Virus record (IMG/VR): IMGVR_UViG_3300032241_002679
Coordinates: 1-64,000 of that record
Strand: one strand, 5' to 3'
Length of the DNA stretch: 64,000 nucleotides
Source: a virus
Below, one piece after another: positions 9,881 to 20,700 of the stretch; the first letter of the stretch is position 1; every line of letters starts with the position of its first letter. The notes under the pieces were generated by a model, which did no database searches, was not told where the DNA came from, and saw only the letters and a list, made by a program, of their open reading frames with translations. Made by a program: the position numbers and the translations under genes.

Positions 9881-12088
9881 CTAATAATTACCCCCTGAAA
9901 GTATATCAGTTGCTTGTAGGACATAGTTACCAGTACCCGTACCTCCTGTAGAGCCAATCATTATATTTGCTAATTGTGTTTCCCAGAATCTTTTTGATAT
10001 AGCATCAGCATAACTTGTTGGCACACCAGTCTGTGCGATTTGGAAGAATATACTATCACCAGTTAATCCACTGACACCCCAACCATTTTGTATTGTAAAA
10101 CCACCAGTTAGTGATGTTAAATATGTATTACCAGTTGGGTTATAGTTTAATGTAATATTTTGATCTTCGGAATATATATTACTGGTAAAAGCACTTACGG
10201 AATTACCAAATACCGTAAGACTACCATTAATTACAACATCCCCCGTACCAGGGTTACCCTCAGAACCGCCACTACCAACAATTAAACCACCAGTACCAAT
10301 TATAGCTGAACCCGTAGGTGTAGTATATAAATTTGCAGCTGTAATACTACCAATATTTACAGTATTTCCAGATACATTTGTATTACCAGTTACAGTTACA
10401 TTACCATTAACTGTTAATCCAGTCATTATATTAATACTAGCATTTAATGTACCACCAGTATTGTTAGTAATTGTAAATGTATTTGCATTATTATAAGTAA
10501 ATCCAGTATCATATGGTGTGATTAAAGGTAAACCAGTTATATTGCTTAACGTACCCGTACCAGCTAATGTAATTGTACCATTAGAATATGTACCACCAGT
10601 AGCTGCATTTATTGTTGTAGCAGTTGTACCACCACCATTTAAAGCAACACTCAATACATTACTACTTAATGTAACAGCACTAGTAGACTGTGTACCAGTT
10701 AATACATCACTACGATAGTGTAATACACCAGTAGCATCCTGAGTAATAAATTGACTATCAGTAGCACTCTGTATTCCGATAAATTTAACTGGATTAGAAG
10801 AAGCACTTACTGTTAATTGGTTAGTTGGTGTAATTGTTCCAATTCCCACACTACCGCCAGATGATATAATCATATTTGCAGTAGTATTTGGTCCATTATT
10901 ATAGAATGTAATACTATCACCACTACCTACACTAATTCTACCATTACCAGTTATATAATCTGCTACAAGACCATCAGTATATGAACCAGTAAATGCTGAT
11001 GTACTATAAAAACCATTAACAGCTCTTACACCACCATTTACATCCAATTTAAATGTAGGTGTAGCTGTTCCAATACCGACACTACCACCGCTTAAAAACA
11101 ATGTATTTGGAGCTGTAGCACTAGAAAAGTTTAATGTATAAGAAGATAAACCAACTGTTCTATTCGCTTGTAATGTGCCATCACTTGTATATATTGTAGC
11201 AGCAGATTGAGTTAATCCAGTAATTGTACCCAATGTACCACTACCAGCTAATGTAATTGTACCATTAGAATATGTACCACCTGTCGCTGCATTAATTGTT
11301 GTAGTTACAACACTACCTCCATTAGACGTAATACTCAAAACGTTACCACTACTCAATGTAGCGGCTGATATATAACTCCATGTACCTGCTGTATATGTAT
11401 TACCATCATTTCTTGTGAATGATAATGTACCAGTAGATGCATTATATGTAGAAGCTGTTGTAAATGTATTAGCAGTAGCGACACCAGTTAAATTAGCGCC
11501 ATTACCATAAAATGTAGTAGCGGATATTGTAGTAGCTGAAATGGTACCATTAACAGTTAAACCAGTAAAATTGTTTATTAATGTAGAGAAGGTACCACCA
11601 GTATTATTAGTAATAGTTAATAAATTATTATTAAAAGATGAACCAGTCACATAGATATCAGTAAAACCAGTTACATTTACACTAGGAGCACCATTATTTA
11701 AATTTAATGTTAAAGTATGTGTTCCATAGTTAAAGGTACCACCTGTTAAATATGTATCTGTTGTAACAATACTAGAAATTGGGGCTAAGACAAAACCATT
11801 GGAAGTACCAGATAAGAATAAACCGCTTAAATTACTTACACCTGAATAAGTTATGATTTTATCATCAAGTTTTAATTGTGATAAATGTGAACCTACTTCA
11901 AAAAAAGCAGCATTTGATAATGAAGGAACATAAGTTGTTGAACCTGTTCCGCTTATATATCCTTTATAATAGACTTTACCATCTGCCGTATTCACTAAAG
12001 CTTCACCAGTAGCCGCTGATGATGGTAATGCTGATGAGGGTTGATTCGATTGTTTTGTTAATAATGTAACATATCTAGTATTTGCCAT
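9881..12088 (-). CDS. Tail-fibre/virion structural protein
   Basis: MANTR start shared with 9728; GEALVNTADGKVY anchor motif; VGIGTxTP..LDV fibre motifs; shared T/G-rich modules. Confidence 0.7.
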   Translation of the reverse strand: MANTRYVTLLTKQSNQPSSALPSSAATGEALVNTADGKVYYKGYISGTGSTTYVPSLSNAAFFEVGSHLSQLKLDDKIITYSGVSNLSGLFLSGTSNGFVLAPISSIVTTDTYLTGGTFNYGTHTLTLNLNNGAPSVNVTGFTDIYVTGSSFNNNLLTITNNTGGTFSTLINNFTGLTVNGTISATTISATTFYGNGANLTGVATANTFTTASTYNASTGTLSFTRNDGNTYTAGTWSYISAATLSSGNVLSITSNGGSVVTTTINAATGGTYSNGTITLAGSGTLGTITGLTQSAATIYTSDGTLQANRTVGLSSYTLNFSSATAPNTLFLSGGSVGIGTATPTFKLDVNGGVRAVNGFYSTSAFTGSYTDGLVADYITGNGRISVGSGDSITFYNNGPNTTANMIISSGGSVGIGTITPTNQLTVSASSNPVKFIGIQSATDSQFITQDATGVLHYRSDVLTGTQSTSAVTLSSNVLSVALNGGGTTATTINAATGGTYSNGTITLAGTGTLSNITGLPLITPYDTGFTYNNANTFTITNNTGGTLNASINIMTGLTVNGNVTVTGNTNVSGNTVNIGSITAANLYTTPTGSAIIGTGGLIVGSGGSEGNPGTGDVVINGSLTVFGNSVSAFTSNIYSEDQNITLNYNPTGNTYLTSLTGGFTIQNGWGVSGLTGDSIFFQIAQTGVPTSYADAISKRFWETQLANIMIGSTGGTGTGNYVLQATDILSGGNY

Positions 12089-12149
12089 TTAATTCTTTTT
12101 TTTATATAAATATCTTATTTTTATATAAATATTTTATTTTGTTTTAAAG

Positions 12150-12560
12150 TTAATATTTCCCAGCCTCTAGCGTATCTAAATTCAATATACTAGTATCAGC
12201 ATTTAATATTCTATGATCCCCGCCACTATCATAACCCAAATCAATAGTACTAACACTTAAATTATCAATTGTAGCACTAATTGAATTCCAATAAGTACTA
12301 GTTCCAGATACTGTATTAATTTGTCTAAATCTTCTAATTGGAGTTCCTAAATTAATAGTTGCATCTATGTTTGGATTTAAATCAGCATTTATGTTTATTT
12401 CATTAGTACTTAAATTAATTTCAATATTACTATCACAATTAATTAAAAGATTTGTATAAACTGCAGTACAAGCTGAAATTGTTTCAGTTTGACCAGTATT
12501 TTCAACTGGTTCAATAATAAAAGTTTCATTTATATTTGGTAAATTGTTAATATATTGCAT
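12150..12560 (-). CDS. Small virion-associated protein, paralogous to the N-terminus of the 14172 gene
   Basis: NLPNINETFIIEP...SACTAVYT vs NLPNILETIILQP...SATT*IYT. Confidence 0.6.
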   Translation of the reverse strand: MQYINNLPNINETFIIEPVENTGQTETISACTAVYTNLLINCDSNIEINLSTNEININADLNPNIDATINLGTPIRRFRQINTVSGTSTYWNSISATIDNLSVSTIDLGYDSGGDHRILNADTSILNLDTLEAGKY

Positions 12561-12637
12561 AGTATTTACACATTTGGTAAATTGGTTATATATAAATATT
12601 AATAATTACCAAGTTAAACAGTTGATATTAAAAAAAA

Positions 12638-12910
12638 TTAAATGCTATTACCTATTAATTCTAAACGGCTTAATTGTGTATAATCTCTGGATACTTCTAA
12701 TTTAATATTATCATTAGCATTTACAAATATTGGGTTTTCTATGGTCAAACCACTAGATACTAAAGAATTGTTTATATAAATGGCTAAATCCGATACATTT
12801 GATGAATTTATTATTCCTGTAAATTTTAGGCTATATTTAGCTTTGAAATCTATTTCTGTATCAGCAAGCGGATTTAAAAGAATTGTGTATAATAAAAAGT
12901 AATTATTCAT
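12638..12910 (-). CDS. Stand-alone paralogue of the C-terminal domain of 14169..15218
   Basis: YTILLNP...AKYSLKFT...LIGNSI vs YTIVFKP...AKYGLKFT...LLGNTI. Confidence 0.7.
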   Translation of the reverse strand: MNNYFLLYTILLNPLADTEIDFKAKYSLKFTGIINSSNVSDLAIYINNSLVSSGLTIENPIFVNANDNIKLEVSRDYTQLSRLELIGNSI

Positions 12911-12913
12911 TTA

Positions 12914-14172
12914 TTAAAGTTTAAAAGCGATAATTTGTTCTCCAGTACTTTGTACCGTAGCTACATTAGATAAATATTGGCCAATACTATTATTCACAGT
13001 TAAACCTGATGTAAATGCACTCCATAGCCCCTGAGCGATATTACTTGGCAATAAAGCACTACCAACTGTATTATCCGTTGGAACACCATAACCAACTACT
13101 AATGGACTTGGCATATTTAGAGTTCCAGTTAATCCGCTAGATACACCATAAACGACTCCGCTTCTTACATCAGAAACTGAAGGAACATTTCCTACCATGT
13201 CAACGGTATATAATGTTCTACTTGTTGTTAGATTTGATGTCGTAAATGTCCAAAATTGTGTGCTACCACTCTGTAGGTATAATTTTGGTCCATAAAAAGC
13301 CATAATTCCATTATTATTATATAATGCTCCATTTATAATATTTGTCGCTGATGTCGATGTTGATTGTACAGCTGGGGCTGTAGTTGAGGCTGATAGAGTG
13401 CCATTTATTGTTAATAGGCCACTTGATGTTGTATTTATAGCAACATTTATACCAGTAGCAATAACATTTCCATTCACAGTTATATTTCCAGTTGTTGTTG
13501 AAATACAATTACTACCACCAGCGCTAATATTTCCAATTATTGTCACATTACCCTGTACATATCTGGACCACTTGCGGCAGCTGTAATTATTGAAGATACA
13601 CTTCCCGTTACATTTACATTTAAAGACCCGATTACGCCATTACCATTCTGTTTAAGTGTTAAAACATTATTATAAAATGTAAAACCAGTTACATATGAAT
13701 CAATTGTGGTTAATGAACTAAGATCTAAATAATACGTATTACCATCATTTCTAGTAAATGTTCCTATTTTTGTTGTTGGATTAAAAGTAACACCAGTAGT
13801 ATAATAGTCAGTAAAACCACTAATTACTACAATACTATCATTATTATTAAATAGACTTAATATTTTAGTATTATTATTAAATGTTCCACCAGTTAATTCA
13901 ACAGATTTATTATTAATAATATCTAATAAATTTGTTCCACCACTATAAAAAATAGCAGCATTAATTGTATTTCCACTAATATTAGAATCAGAAGTTAAAT
14001 TACCAGTAATATCGATTGAATTAGCGTTTAAAGATATTTGACTAGTACCAGTAAATGGTTTAATTAATGGTGTATAAATTCAAGTAGTCGCTGAAAACAT
14101 TACACCAGCTTTATTAACAAATAATGGCTGTAAAATTATCGTTTCTAATATATTGGGTAAATTGCTGCTCAT
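12914..14172 (-). pseudogene. Interrupted fibre-like gene: ATG 14172, in-frame TGA at 14082-14080, open to TGA 13545-13543, then frame switch into 12914..13546
   Basis: ATGA overlap with the upstream gene; MSSNLPNILETIILQPLFVNKAGVMFSATT*IYTPLIKPFTG...; ~178 open codons of fibre-like sequence (TGGTFNNNTKILSL, FTRNDG) missed by the ORF track. Confidence 0.65.
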
Positions 14173-15218
14173 ATTGTATTTCCTAGTAATTGAAATTTGC
14201 TTGTCTGTAAAAAGTTTTTATTTACATTTATAGTTACTAAATCATTTGTATATACATAAATTGGTTCCGTTAAAACAATACCACTAAACACAATTGTATT
14301 ATTTACACTAATAATTATATTTCCAGTATTTTCAATATTAACAATTTGAGTAAACTTTAAACCATATTTAGCATTAAATGAAAATGTAGTATTAGCCCTT
14401 GGCTTAAAAACAATCGTATAATCTAAACTATTATTTTTAACATACGCATCAAAAACAACACTTTTTGATTTTTTAGCATCTGATAATTCAAGAATAGTAT
14501 AGACTCTATTGATAGTAGGCACTACCTCAAAATCATTTTCATCAAGAATATATCCCATCATTTTAATTTCAAACTCTTGAACATAAAACCTACGATTTTC
14601 AAAATCCTCAATATTACTCTCATCACTTATTGATTCAACAAGAATCGGCATTGGATGCCCCTTTACAAAAACATAACTTTGACGAGATTGAAATGTTTTA
14701 TGAATTAATGAATTGAATTTATTTAAATCCTTCATTTTATTTGTAAAAATTCGTACTTCATAAGTTATATCCACACTCGTTGGCTGTGGAATTTTATATA
14801 GATCAACCCCTTTTCTACTACCATCAAATGTAGGTACTTTCATATAGGTGTAGGTTCTACCGCCAGGTATATTCCACAAACCAGCTTGATTTGTGCCTAC
14901 TTGGATATCTGGTCTTCTGACTACAGTTATAAATGGTAATTTGATATTTTCATATTCATTACTAAATGACCATGTTTTTGTAAATTCTGTCCATCTCTGA
15001 ATAGTTAAAAATACTACTGGAACTTTAATACCATTAAGTGTTATACTTAAATCATTATTCATGTATTCAATAAAAGCAGCATCCATATCTTCTTCACTCA
15101 CACCACGTGGCAAAAAAGTTGCTTTATCAGTAATATTGTCTAAAATTTCCTGCCTTCTTTCGGGGCCAATTTTAGTCGGATTTATGTTTAAATTTGTTTT
15201 AAAGCCTTTAGGTACCAT
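14169..15218 (-). CDS. Putative tail-completion/sheath-terminator protein (T4 gp15-like)
   Basis: VPVVFLTIQRW, LPFITVVR and PTSVDITYEVRIFT motifs; follows the neck-like gene. Confidence 0.5.
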   Translation of the reverse strand: MVPKGFKTNLNINPTKIGPERRQEILDNITDKATFLPRGVSEEDMDAAFIEYMNNDLSITLNGIKVPVVFLTIQRWTEFTKTWSFSNEYENIKLPFITVVRRPDIQVGTNQAGLWNIPGGRTYTYMKVPTFDGSRKGVDLYKIPQPTSVDITYEVRIFTNKMKDLNKFNSLIHKTFQSRQSYVFVKGHPMPILVESISDESNIEDFENRRFYVQEFEIKMMGYILDENDFEVVPTINRVYTILELSDAKKSKSVVFDAYVKNNSLDYTIVFKPRANTTFSFNAKYGLKFTQIVNIENTGNIIISVNNTIVFSGIVLTEPIYVYTNDLVTINVNKNFLQTSKFQLLGNTI

Positions 15219-15230
15219 AATTTATTTATT

Positions 15231-15754
15231 TTATACACCAGCAAATTCACTACTATCTATAGGTCCACATATTATAGTTCTATATGCACCCTTATATCCC
15301 ATAATTGTATGTTTATTGTCAAAATTTTTCTTACCATCATTAGATACACTATAATATCTAATTTCATTCTCCGATACTGGGTAACCAACATAATCACCAT
15401 AATCTATATCAGTCTCCATTTCATTCAATTGTTGTTGATAAATGCCAAAAGTAACCGTACCATCCTGAAGATATCTAGCTGTTCCGTCTTTATTATAAGC
15501 TTTATTCTCTGGCTCAGCTAAAATAGGTATTACCTTAAGTTCTATTGGCGGATAAAATCGTATACCATCTACAACAGCCTCACCATATAATTTATCAAAT
15601 TGCGATGTGGTTCTGTCTACTTTATATAAAATAATTGTGAAATTACCGTCACCCTCAATTGCTTCTCGGCCCATGGATTGTTCCAAAAAAAAAAATCTTC
15701 TTCAGAAAAGAATTTATTTATACGTGTAATTGGAATAATTTTATTATTTTGCAT
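15231..15754 (-). CDS. Putative head-completion/neck protein (gp14-like), frameshifted at a T11 run
   Basis: MQNNKIIPITRINKFFSEEDFF (ATG 15754) joins LEQSMGREAIEGDG...DKLYGEA only by a frame change in the A11 run at 15685-15695. Confidence 0.55.
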
Positions 15755-16772
15755 GATTTTTAATATATTTATGAATCGTCTTATTTGAACAGCCGTATAT
15801 ATTACCAATTTGTACCATATTTAACCCATCTGATAAATATTTGGTAATATCGGTTATATTTAAATTGTATTTATTTGATAGTGGTTTTTTTATGTTATAT
15901 TTTTTTAAGTTACCACTAATAACAGTTCTATGGCACCCATAGTAAAATGCTATCTCGTCTATTTTTTTATTTTCATCAATAAATAATTTATATAATTCTA
16001 TTTCACTAATTTTATATTTAAAATTTGGGTTATTTTCCCCCTTAAAAATTTTCTCGTTTTTAACTTTATTACTTCTTTTTAAAAGCGTATTTTTTGATAG
16101 CGATTTATTAAACATTGGGTTATTTTTACCCGTATTATTAATGCTCATCAATTTTTTTGTTTCATTTGTATGCTTATAACCCAAAGAATATTTATTTCCT
16201 CGATGTATATTACCCATTATTTCTTTAGTTTCTTTCGTATGCCTATAGCCCAACGCTCTTTTATTTCCTTTCATATTTTCGGACATTTTTAGCTTAACGG
16301 CTTTAGCCCATTCTTCATTCCCCCATAATTCCTTTAACATTTTTTTCTTATCGATTATTTGTTTTTCTGTTAATTTTTTACCTTTATGGGTCTTAGATAT
16401 TTTTTCTTTAGCTTGAGCGGTATGAGTTTTACCAAACATTGGGTTAATATCCCCCCCATCTGCTATATTAAATAATAATGTTCCACACTTCCTTTCTTTT
16501 TGTATCAATTCTATTTCTGAACATAACATTTCTTCGTATGAATCACACTCTTTTATTAATCTAATTATCGGGCTTAAATTATTTTTTTTCAATTCATTAA
16601 ACCATAAAGCTATTTTTCCGTTTGTTGGACTTCTTAAATGGCCACGAAGCCTAGCATTCAATGTTCCCATAGTAATTCCAATATACTTTAAATTATTATT
16701 TTTAGGACAATACAATCCATATAATAAAAATTTATTTATCCTAGTAATAGGCGTTAATTTTGGATTATTCAT
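15744..16772 (-). mobile_element. Free-standing GIY-YIG homing endonuclease with NUMOD3 repeats and C-terminal HTH repeats
   Basis: LYGL...KYIGIT, RLxGH, NIADGG; repeated NPMFGKTHT/LGYRHTKETKE NUMOD3 motifs. Confidence 0.85.
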
Positions 16773-16819
16773 GGTCTTTAAAGATAAATATTTACATAGT
16801 GCGAAATAATCATAAGAGC

Positions 16820-16847
16820 TTGATTTTATTTAAAATTTTCGTATAAT
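16820..16847 (+). promoter_or_regulatory. Possible sigma70-like promoter for the helicase
   Basis: TTGATT-N16-TATAAT upstream of 16882; AT-rich context makes this weak. Confidence 0.3.
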
Positions 16848-16881
16848 TATAAATTATAACATTATTAAAAATTAACTATAA

Positions 16882-19182
16882 TTGATTAATTTAGACGATA
16901 TTAAAGGAAATTATGCTTTAACTTTATTAGAAAATTACAATGGTCTTAATCCATACTTAATTAAAATGAAAAAAGACTATTTTAATAATAAAACTAAACT
17001 GACTGATACTCAAATAAAATATATAAGTGATAATCATGAAAAAGAACCAATTCTAATCAATAGAATTATTAGGATAACGCCATTTTTGGGTGAAGAATTA
17101 AAAAAACAGGATAACATATCATTCATACCTGAAAAAATACTAATAGAATATATTTTAGCTGAAAATGAAAAAACCTATCATATCTATGGTAAACTAAAAA
17201 AGAATCAAAAAGAATCTAAAATGTATTGGTTACCAAAAACACAAGTGATAGATGACCCATATTATGAAGAAGTCAATGTAGATGTCGATTTTAATAAGTA
17301 TAATTCAATTCTAGCCAAATACGGCAAAAAACTATATCAACACCAAGAAGAGTCAGTTAAATTTTTGTTGTCAAGGAATAGTAGTATATTGGCCTTAGAC
17401 ATGGGACTTGGAAAATCAATGATTTCGATAATAGCAGCTTTAGAATCTGAAGCTAAAAACATATTAGTAGTCTGTCCCTCATCAGTTAAGATAAATTGGA
17501 AGCGTGAAATAAATACATTTTCTAATAACGTAACAATAATAGAGGGTCGTAAATGGGATAAAGCTAAGTTTACAATAATAAATTATGATATTTTAAAAAA
17601 TTTTCATACAATTGGTAATCAAAAGAAGAAAAATAATACAGACTCTGTGGATTATAATAGACAAATAGTAGATTCCAATTTTGACTTAATAATCGTAGAT
17701 GAAGCGCATTATTTAAAAAACAATAAAAGCATTCGTGGAGAAATAATTGCTGATCTCGTTATAAATCATGGTATTAATAAGATATGGCTATTAACTGGCA
17801 CACCTATTTCTAATAGGCCAATGGATTTTTTTAATTTATTAAAAATAATTAAATCTCCGTTAGCTCAAAATTGGCAATATTACGCTATCAGATACTGTGA
17901 TGCTAGAAAAATGTTCAGAACACTTAAAAATGGTAACAAAAAACAAATTTGGATTACAGATGGTGCATCTAATTTAGATGAATTAGCTTCAAAAACTAAA
18001 AATTTAATACTCAGAAAACTTAAGACCGATGTATTAGATATGCCAGATAAAGTAACCATACCTGTATATCATGAACTATCTAAAAAAGGCTGGGGTGAAT
18101 ATAATAGACTATGGGATGAATATCTTGAAAAAAGAAGAGAAGAGAAAAAAAGAGGCCCTATACAAAGAGATCTAGTAGAATTAATACTCCTGCGTAAATT
18201 CATAGCTATGGAGGCTATACCACAGACTATAGAAATGACTGAAAACGCTATAGAAATGGATAAAAAAGTAGTTATTTTCACTAGTTTCACTGATGAGCTT
18301 CTTGAATTAAGCGATTATTTTGGAAAGAATGCCGTACTGCATTATGGACCAATGTCAGATAAAGAAAAACAAAGAAGTGTAGATGAATTTCAAAATAATG
18401 ATAAAATAAAAGTCTTTATTGGTAATATTAAATCAGCTGGTGTCGGTATTACACTTACAAAAGCTACTGTTGTAATCTTTAACTCATTCGAATGGGTTCC
18501 TAGTTGGAATGAACAAGGGGAGGATAGGTGTGTTTTTGAGGGGCAATTAATTATGACTGATTCTGGTTATAAAAAAATAGAGGACATCCAAATTGGTGAT
18601 AAAGTATACACACATCTTGGAAATTTTAAAAAAGTTATTAACATTCATACGCATTTAGAAATAAAAAAAACGAGAATAGATATTAATAGTTTTGGTTTTA
18701 ACGAAAAATTAAGTTTAACCGAAGATCATAAAGTTTTTGTCTATAATACAGAAAAAAAACATTTTGAATGGGTTGAAGCCATTAATTTAAATATTTTTAA
18801 ACACAAATTAACATTAAAATTAAATAAACAACGAATTAATGAAAAAGAATACTTAGAAGTTGATGATTATATTTTATATCCGATTAAAAATATTAACATT
18901 AGTCAAGCAAAAAAGGGTGAAGAACGAGTTTATGACTTATCAGTTGAGGATGATAATTCTTTTGTTGTCGGGGGCTATAATGTCCATAATTGTTATAGAA
19001 TAGGACAGAATGAAGATGTAAATGTATATTATCAATTATTTGAGGATACTATATCAGTCAGAATGTGGGAGACACTAAGAAATAAAAAAGAAGTTATCTC
19101 AACAATCATGGGTGATAAAAAATTGAGTGATGAAGAAATAACACAAATAATGACAAATAAATTAATTGAAAATTATGAATAA
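16882..19182 (+). CDS. SNF2-family helicase containing a mini-intein
   Basis: LDMGLGKS (motif I), DEAH, LTGTP, SAGVGITLT, QGEDR|CYRIGQ (motif VI, split by the intein). Confidence 0.92.
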   Translation: MINLDDIKGNYALTLLENYNGLNPYLIKMKKDYFNNKTKLTDTQIKYISDNHEKEPILINRIIRITPFLGEELKKQDNISFIPEKILIEYILAENEKTYHIYGKLKKNQKESKMYWLPKTQVIDDPYYEEVNVDVDFNKYNSILAKYGKKLYQHQEESVKFLLSRNSSILALDMGLGKSMISIIAALESEAKNILVVCPSSVKINWKREINTFSNNVTIIEGRKWDKAKFTIINYDILKNFHTIGNQKKKNNTDSVDYNRQIVDSNFDLIIVDEAHYLKNNKSIRGEIIADLVINHGINKIWLLTGTPISNRPMDFFNLLKIIKSPLAQNWQYYAIRYCDARKMFRTLKNGNKKQIWITDGASNLDELASKTKNLILRKLKTDVLDMPDKVTIPVYHELSKKGWGEYNRLWDEYLEKRREEKKRGPIQRDLVELILLRKFIAMEAIPQTIEMTENAIEMDKKVVIFTSFTDELLELSDYFGKNAVLHYGPMSDKEKQRSVDEFQNNDKIKVFIGNIKSAGVGITLTKATVVIFNSFEWVPSWNEQGEDRCVFEGQLIMTDSGYKKIEDIQIGDKVYTHLGNFKKVINIHTHLEIKKTRIDINSFGFNEKLSLTEDHKVFVYNTEKKHFEWVEAINLNIFKHKLTLKLNKQRINEKEYLEVDDYILYPIKNINISQAKKGEERVYDLSVEDDNSFVVGGYNVHNCYRIGQNEDVNVYYQLFEDTISVRMWETLRNKKEVISTIMGDKKLSDEEITQIMTNKLIENYE
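18529..18990 (+). mobile_element. Mini-intein (154 aa, no endonuclease) in helicase motif VI
   Basis: C1 CVFEG; block B TEDH; VYDLSVEDDNSFVV...VHN followed by +1 Cys. Confidence 0.92.
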
Positions 19183-19435
19183 AGTAAGAATTTATACAGT
19201 TGAAGGATGCCCATATTGCATCGAACTAAAAGAAATGTTAAAAAAAGATAATGTAGAATTTACAGAAGTCGATGTGAATTTACCAGAGAATGAAGAAGAA
19301 TTTAAAAAATTACATGAATTTACCAAATGTGAAGATGTACCCATGGTTAAAGTTGGTAGACAAGTATTAATCCCAAATACAAGTTTTCAATCAATTCAAG
19401 AGGCCTATGAATTGACAAAAAAATTTTTAATTTAA
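19175..19435 (+). CDS. Glutaredoxin/NrdH-like redoxin
   Basis: CPYC active site and VP motif; ATG at 19175 more likely than 19166. Confidence 0.85.
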   Translation: MNKVRIYTVEGCPYCIELKEMLKKDNVEFTEVDVNLPENEEEFKKLHEFTKCEDVPMVKVGRQVLIPNTSFQSIQEAYELTKKFLI

Positions 19436-19542
19436 ATATCTCATTTTTAAGAATTAATTTATATATATTGATTTCATTATATATTTTAAGAAATATAATA
19501 TATTTATATCCTAATATAATATATTTATTATTAAATTAAACA

Positions 19543-20700
19543 ATGAGCGTACCAACAGTAGATCGTGATAGGATATTTACCCAATTTAGACATTCTTTAG
19601 GTGCCCCAATTAGGCAAATTGAATTAACGGATGAACAGTTATGTACATTATTGCAAATAGCAATAGAGGATTATTCTGAATATGTACAAGAGTGGCTAAT
19701 TGAATTTCAATGGCAGAGTGTATTTGGTAAAAATATTAGTACTACGGATATGGCATTCGCCATGAGTGTTAGATCATTTGATTTCATGAGTCAATATACT
19801 TACGCATATTCCAAACAAGTTGGTTTACAGACTAATGGCCCATGGGAATTAAAAAAAGACTATATAACACTTGAGGCTGGTAGACAAGTATATTTAATAC
19901 CAGCTGGTAGAGAAGTTAATGAAGTATTATGGTTTACCCCTAGTACAGTTAGTGAGGCCTTATTAGCCAATTATGGTGGTATTGATTATGGCTTTGGTGG
20001 TGGATTTGCTCAAATGGGTGGTGGTTATGGTACGGCTGGTACTGGTACTGGTGGTGGTCGTAGTGGTTATTATATAGCACCAGCTTTCGATATGTTATTA
20101 ACGGCTGGGGATATGAATTTAAAAAATCGTATCGTAAGAAGTGATTTAGCATATAAAATTACAGCAGGACCAAATGGTACAAAATTATTACATCTCATGT
20201 CCACGCCAGGTTCCCTACTATCCTTTGGTATGGGTATTGATACGCCTGGCGGCCTTGGTAACAGTATGTCAATTGCTGGTTGCCAAGTATGGTATTTTTA
20301 TTATGATACGACACCAGAAAATGTTGATCAATGTCGTATCGATAATCCAGATATAATAATGTTACCAAACCAAGTACCGTTATCACAATTGGATTTTTCT
20401 ACATTTAATGAACCTACTAAAGTCCTTATAAGACAATTATTTGTCGCTGAAGCTAAAAGAGCTTTAGGTAGAACTAGAGGTAAATTTGGTGGTATTGTTG
20501 GACCTCCTGAAGCTGAAAGAACAATGGATTACGAAACTCTTATTACAGAAGGGAATGAAGAAAGAAAGGCTGTACTTGAGAGACTTGATGCGAGATTACT
20601 CAGACTTTCATCAACTGCGCAATTAGAGAGGGGTGCAAATGAAGCTGAATTCTTAAATAAACAACTTAAATATCGTCCTTTAGGATTTTGGGTTTATTAA
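19543..20700 (+). CDS. Neck protein (T4 gp13-like)
   Basis: LGAPIRQIELTDEQL N-terminal motif and GRTRGKF near the C-terminus. Confidence 0.7.
   Translation: MSVPTVDRDRIFTQFRHSLGAPIRQIELTDEQLCTLLQIAIEDYSEYVQEWLIEFQWQSVFGKNISTTDMAFAMSVRSFDFMSQYTYAYSKQVGLQTNGPWELKKDYITLEAGRQVYLIPAGREVNEVLWFTPSTVSEALLANYGGIDYGFGGGFAQMGGGYGTAGTGTGGGRSGYYIAPAFDMLLTAGDMNLKNRIVRSDLAYKITAGPNGTKLLHLMSTPGSLLSFGMGIDTPGGLGNSMSIAGCQVWYFYYDTTPENVDQCRIDNPDIIMLPNQVPLSQLDFSTFNEPTKVLIRQLFVAEAKRALGRTRGKFGGIVGPPEAERTMDYETLITEGNEERKAVLERLDARLLRLSSTAQLERGANEAEFLNKQLKYRPLGFWVY

Noticed and set aside
1-12088. Diversity-generating retroelement TR/VR pair
   Set aside because: No reverse transcriptase in the window; repeat copies are all internal coding modules rather than a C-terminal VR with a non-coding template
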